NCBI GenBank assembly: GCA_963766735.1
Contig: CAVYBU010000031.1
Coordinates: 1 to 19,704, forward strand
Direction of reading: 5' to 3'
Source: an uncultured Chloroflexia bacterium
GTDB lineage: Bacteria > Chloroflexota > Limnocylindria > Limnocylindrales > CSP1-4
DNA: 19,704 bases
Part shown: positions 17,752-19,704 of the stretch, piece by piece
Layout of the letters: every line of letters starts with the position of its first letter
Numbering within the stretch: the stretch's first letter is position 1
Notes under the pieces: generated by a model
The model's input: only the letters and a program-made list of their open reading frames with translations
Database searches by the model: none
What the model was told of the DNA's origin: nothing
Position numbers and translations under genes: made by a program

Positions 17752-18267
17752 ATGCGCGAGCCCCTGGTTGCATGGGCGGGTGACTGCCTCGTCCGCGGCA
17801 GCGTCGACCTGGAGGATGGGCGCCTCAGCGACCAGCTCAACGAGCGGGAGCTGGTCACGTTCTTCGATGCCACGCTCGAGGCCCTGGAAGACGGCCACCG
17901 GGTCGCCATGGACGAGGTCGAGGTTGGCCGCGGCGAGTTGCACGTGATCGAGGTCACGGGACGCCGTGGCGACCCAGGCCGCCGGCTGCGGACGGTCGAG
18001 GAGCACGTGACGCTCCACGTCGGTCCGTATACCGTGACCGGCAACCTCCATCGCCCGCCGAGCTCGCCCCCACTCGCCGCTCTCAGCCGCTGGGCGCGGT
18101 TCGTCCCGGTCACGGATGCCGTGGTCCAGATCGCCGACTCGGGGACGAAATCCGAGCACCAGGTCGTGGTCCTCGTCAACCGCGCGCGGATCACGGCATC
18201 GGACGAGCTGGCCCCTGTCCCGATGGGAATCGACGAGCCACGGGAGCCCGGGACCGCGATCTCCTAG
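17752..18267 (+). CDS. Hypothetical protein, possibly two DUF6812-like beta domains, 171 aa
   Basis: GRLSDQLN in the first half, and VTGNLH..FVPVTDA..VLVNR in the second. GGAGG RBS and TATGCT -10 at 17695-17700. The stop overlaps the convergent gene's stop (CTAG). Confidence 0.7.
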   Translation: MREPLVAWAGDCLVRGSVDLEDGRLSDQLNERELVTFFDATLEALEDGHRVAMDEVEVGRGELHVIEVTGRRGDPGRRLRTVEEHVTLHVGPYTVTGNLHRPPSSPPLAALSRWARFVPVTDAVVQIADSGTKSEHQVVVLVNRARITASDELAPVPMGIDEPREPGTAIS

Positions 18268-18851
18268 GGGCGCGTGTTCCGCTGCCTGCCCCGGCGCCGT
18301 GCGGGGAGCGCGGCCAGGGTGGCCACGAGGCCGAGGAGGCCCAGCACGCCGAGGGTGGATCCCGGTGCGGTGCCCCGCCCTCCCTGACCGGGTTGCGTCG
18401 TGTCGGTTGCGGGCAGCGTCACCGCGGGCTCCGGCGACGCGGTGGCGGCGCAGACCTTGCTCGTCAGCACCGAGTCCAATGAGATCGCCACCGGCGGCAC
18501 CGGGAGCGCATCGATCACCACGGTCGCGCGCCCGGTCGGCGTCTCGGACGTCACGCACCCCTGCTCGTCGGGAGGGAGGGCGGTCGTGGGGCCGGTCGCC
18601 CGGATCTGGACCACGCCCCCGATGTCTCCCTCGAGCTGCAGCACGAAGCCGCCGGCCTCGTCGGTCGTCGCCGGGACGATCATGTCGCTGCCGTCGAGCA
18701 GAGCGGTCACCGCGAGGCCCGCGACCGGTACGCCGTCCCGGGAGACGGTGCCCGTGATGTCGATGGCACCTGCGGCGAACACGGTTGACGGCAGCACGAC
18801 GAGCGAGGCAAGGGCAACCAGGATGGTGCTGCTGAGGTGGGCGCGGGACAT
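18264..18851 (-). CDS. Secreted surface protein with carboxypeptidase-regulatory/Cna-B-like domain and C-terminal LPATD-TM-basic tail, 195 aa
   Basis: Signal peptide ending VFA/A, ITGTVSRDGVPVAGLAV..ATTDEAGGF, a Cys pair, LPATD (18402-18416), a hydrophobic helix and RRRGRQR. GGAG RBS before ATG 18851. Confidence 0.78.
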   Translation of the reverse strand: MSRAHLSSTILVALASLVVLPSTVFAAGAIDITGTVSRDGVPVAGLAVTALLDGSDMIVPATTDEAGGFVLQLEGDIGGVVQIRATGPTTALPPDEQGCVTSETPTGRATVVIDALPVPPVAISLDSVLTSKVCAATASPEPAVTLPATDTTQPGQGGRGTAPGSTLGVLGLLGLVATLAALPARRRGRQRNTRP

Positions 18852-19080
18852 CGTGGACTCCAAGTGACGGAACCACGCACACGGTATCCGGCCGGACACG
18901 CCGCTGCAATGGGTGGCGCCCACTGGAATGGACCCTGCTGCGAGACCAGCCACTTGGCGGTTGGGCGGCATCCGACCTTCCCATGGTCCTCTCGCAGCAT
19001 GATGCCTGGTGTCCCGGGTACGCGGGTGAGGTGGACCGTAACCGTCGCAATCAACGGTCTGCACAGCGACGGAGAGGATC

Positions 19081-19281
19081 ATGCGCACAGCGACGCCAGC
19101 GACGCCGACGCCCAGTCCGACGCCGACTCCGACGCCCAGCTCGACGCCGACAGCGACGTCCGCGCCGACGCCAGCGACGCCAGCAACGCCAACGACGCCC
19201 AGCCCGACGCCGCCAGCGACGCCGACGCCAACGCCGACGCCCAGCCCGACGCCGACGCCTGCACCCACCGAGTCCACCTGA
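19081..19281 (+). repeat. Pro/Thr-rich low-complexity coding-type repeat (66-aa ORF TPTPSPTPTP...), probable gene remnant or small protein
   Basis: (ACG CCG/CCA/CCC) dicodon repeats with synonymous third-position variation. GGAGAGG just upstream of the ATG. Confidence 0.55.
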
Positions 19282-19386
19282 CCCGGCGGTCTGTCGGCGA
19301 GTCAGGGCGGTGTTCGCCCCGCGTCCCGGTGAATGAGAGCCGTTCGGCACCTCTTGCCTGACCCGCGGACAGCGGAGGCTACCAGC

Positions 19387-19704
19387 ATGGCTGCAACCGT
19401 CCGGCCGGACGCGCGCGTCCCGGCCAGCCCGCCTCCCTCTGCCGCCTCGCTCCACGTCGAGGGCGTGGTCCAGGGCGTCGGCTTCCGCCCGTTCGTGTGG
19501 CGCCTGGCCACGGAGCTGGGCCTCGCCGGCCGGGTCCGGAATGCCGCCGGACGGGTCGAGATCGAGGCCGCGGGATCCCGTGAGGCGCTGGACGCCTTCG
19601 CGCGTCGCCTGCGCAGCGATGCGCCGCCGCGTGCCCGCGTGGAGCGGATCACGGTGCTGCCGCTGGATCCCGCGGTGGCCACCAGACTCCCGGCCGACTT
19701 TGTG
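19387..19704 (+). CDS. hypF: HypF [NiFe]-hydrogenase maturation carbamoyltransferase, N-terminal acylphosphatase domain (partial, runs off the window)
   Basis: My translation gives VEGVVQGVGFRPFVWRLATELGLAGRVRN..VEIEAAG..LDAF..LRSDAPPRARVE. The GFRPFV and APP.A motifs are HypF-type. GGAGG RBS. Not in the supplied ORF track. Confidence 0.85.
   Translation, partial: MAATVRPDARVPASPPPSAASLHVEGVVQGVGFRPFVWRLATELGLAGRVRNAAGRVEIEAAGSREALDAFARRLRSDAPPRARVERITVLPLDPAVATRLPADFV

Noticed and set aside
18852-19277. Gly/Val-repeat N-terminus of the 337-aa minus ORF
   Set aside because: Antisense reading of the Thr/Pro repeat. The real gene starts at 18851 with an SD and signal peptide.

Overview
Very GC-rich bacterial window with about 17 real genes. 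Many long overlapping ORFs in the track are shadow ORFs. The core (5230-15886) is an apparently self-contained cobalamin-dependent methyl-transfer locus. One arm encodes a corrinoid protein and two divergent non-pyrrolysine MttB-superfamily methyltransferases, the first-transcribed of which is split by a net +1 frameshift at about 7684. The divergent arm encodes a RACo/RamA-type corrinoid activase, a MetF-MetV fused methylene-THF reductase and a methyl-THF:corrinoid methyltransferase with a large insertion. A DUF1638 protein and a UroD/MtaA-fold protein converge on that arm. Directly beside the locus are a tyrosine phenol-lyase (TPL-type residues, not tryptophanase) and an MFS transporter. The main hypothesis (inference, untested) is an undescribed route that demethylates a methylated aromatic amino acid such as tyrosine betaine onto tetrahydrofolate and then cleaves it with TPL. 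Flanks hold an HxlR/HtrA divergon with a clear promoter and palindromes, small DUF proteins, a surface protein with an LPxTD sortase-like signal, an orphan Pro/Thr repeat ORF and the 5' end of hypF. Several genes look leaderless. No rRNA, tRNA, CRISPR or transposase was seen. A Chloroflexota/Actinomycetota-like origin is only a guess.
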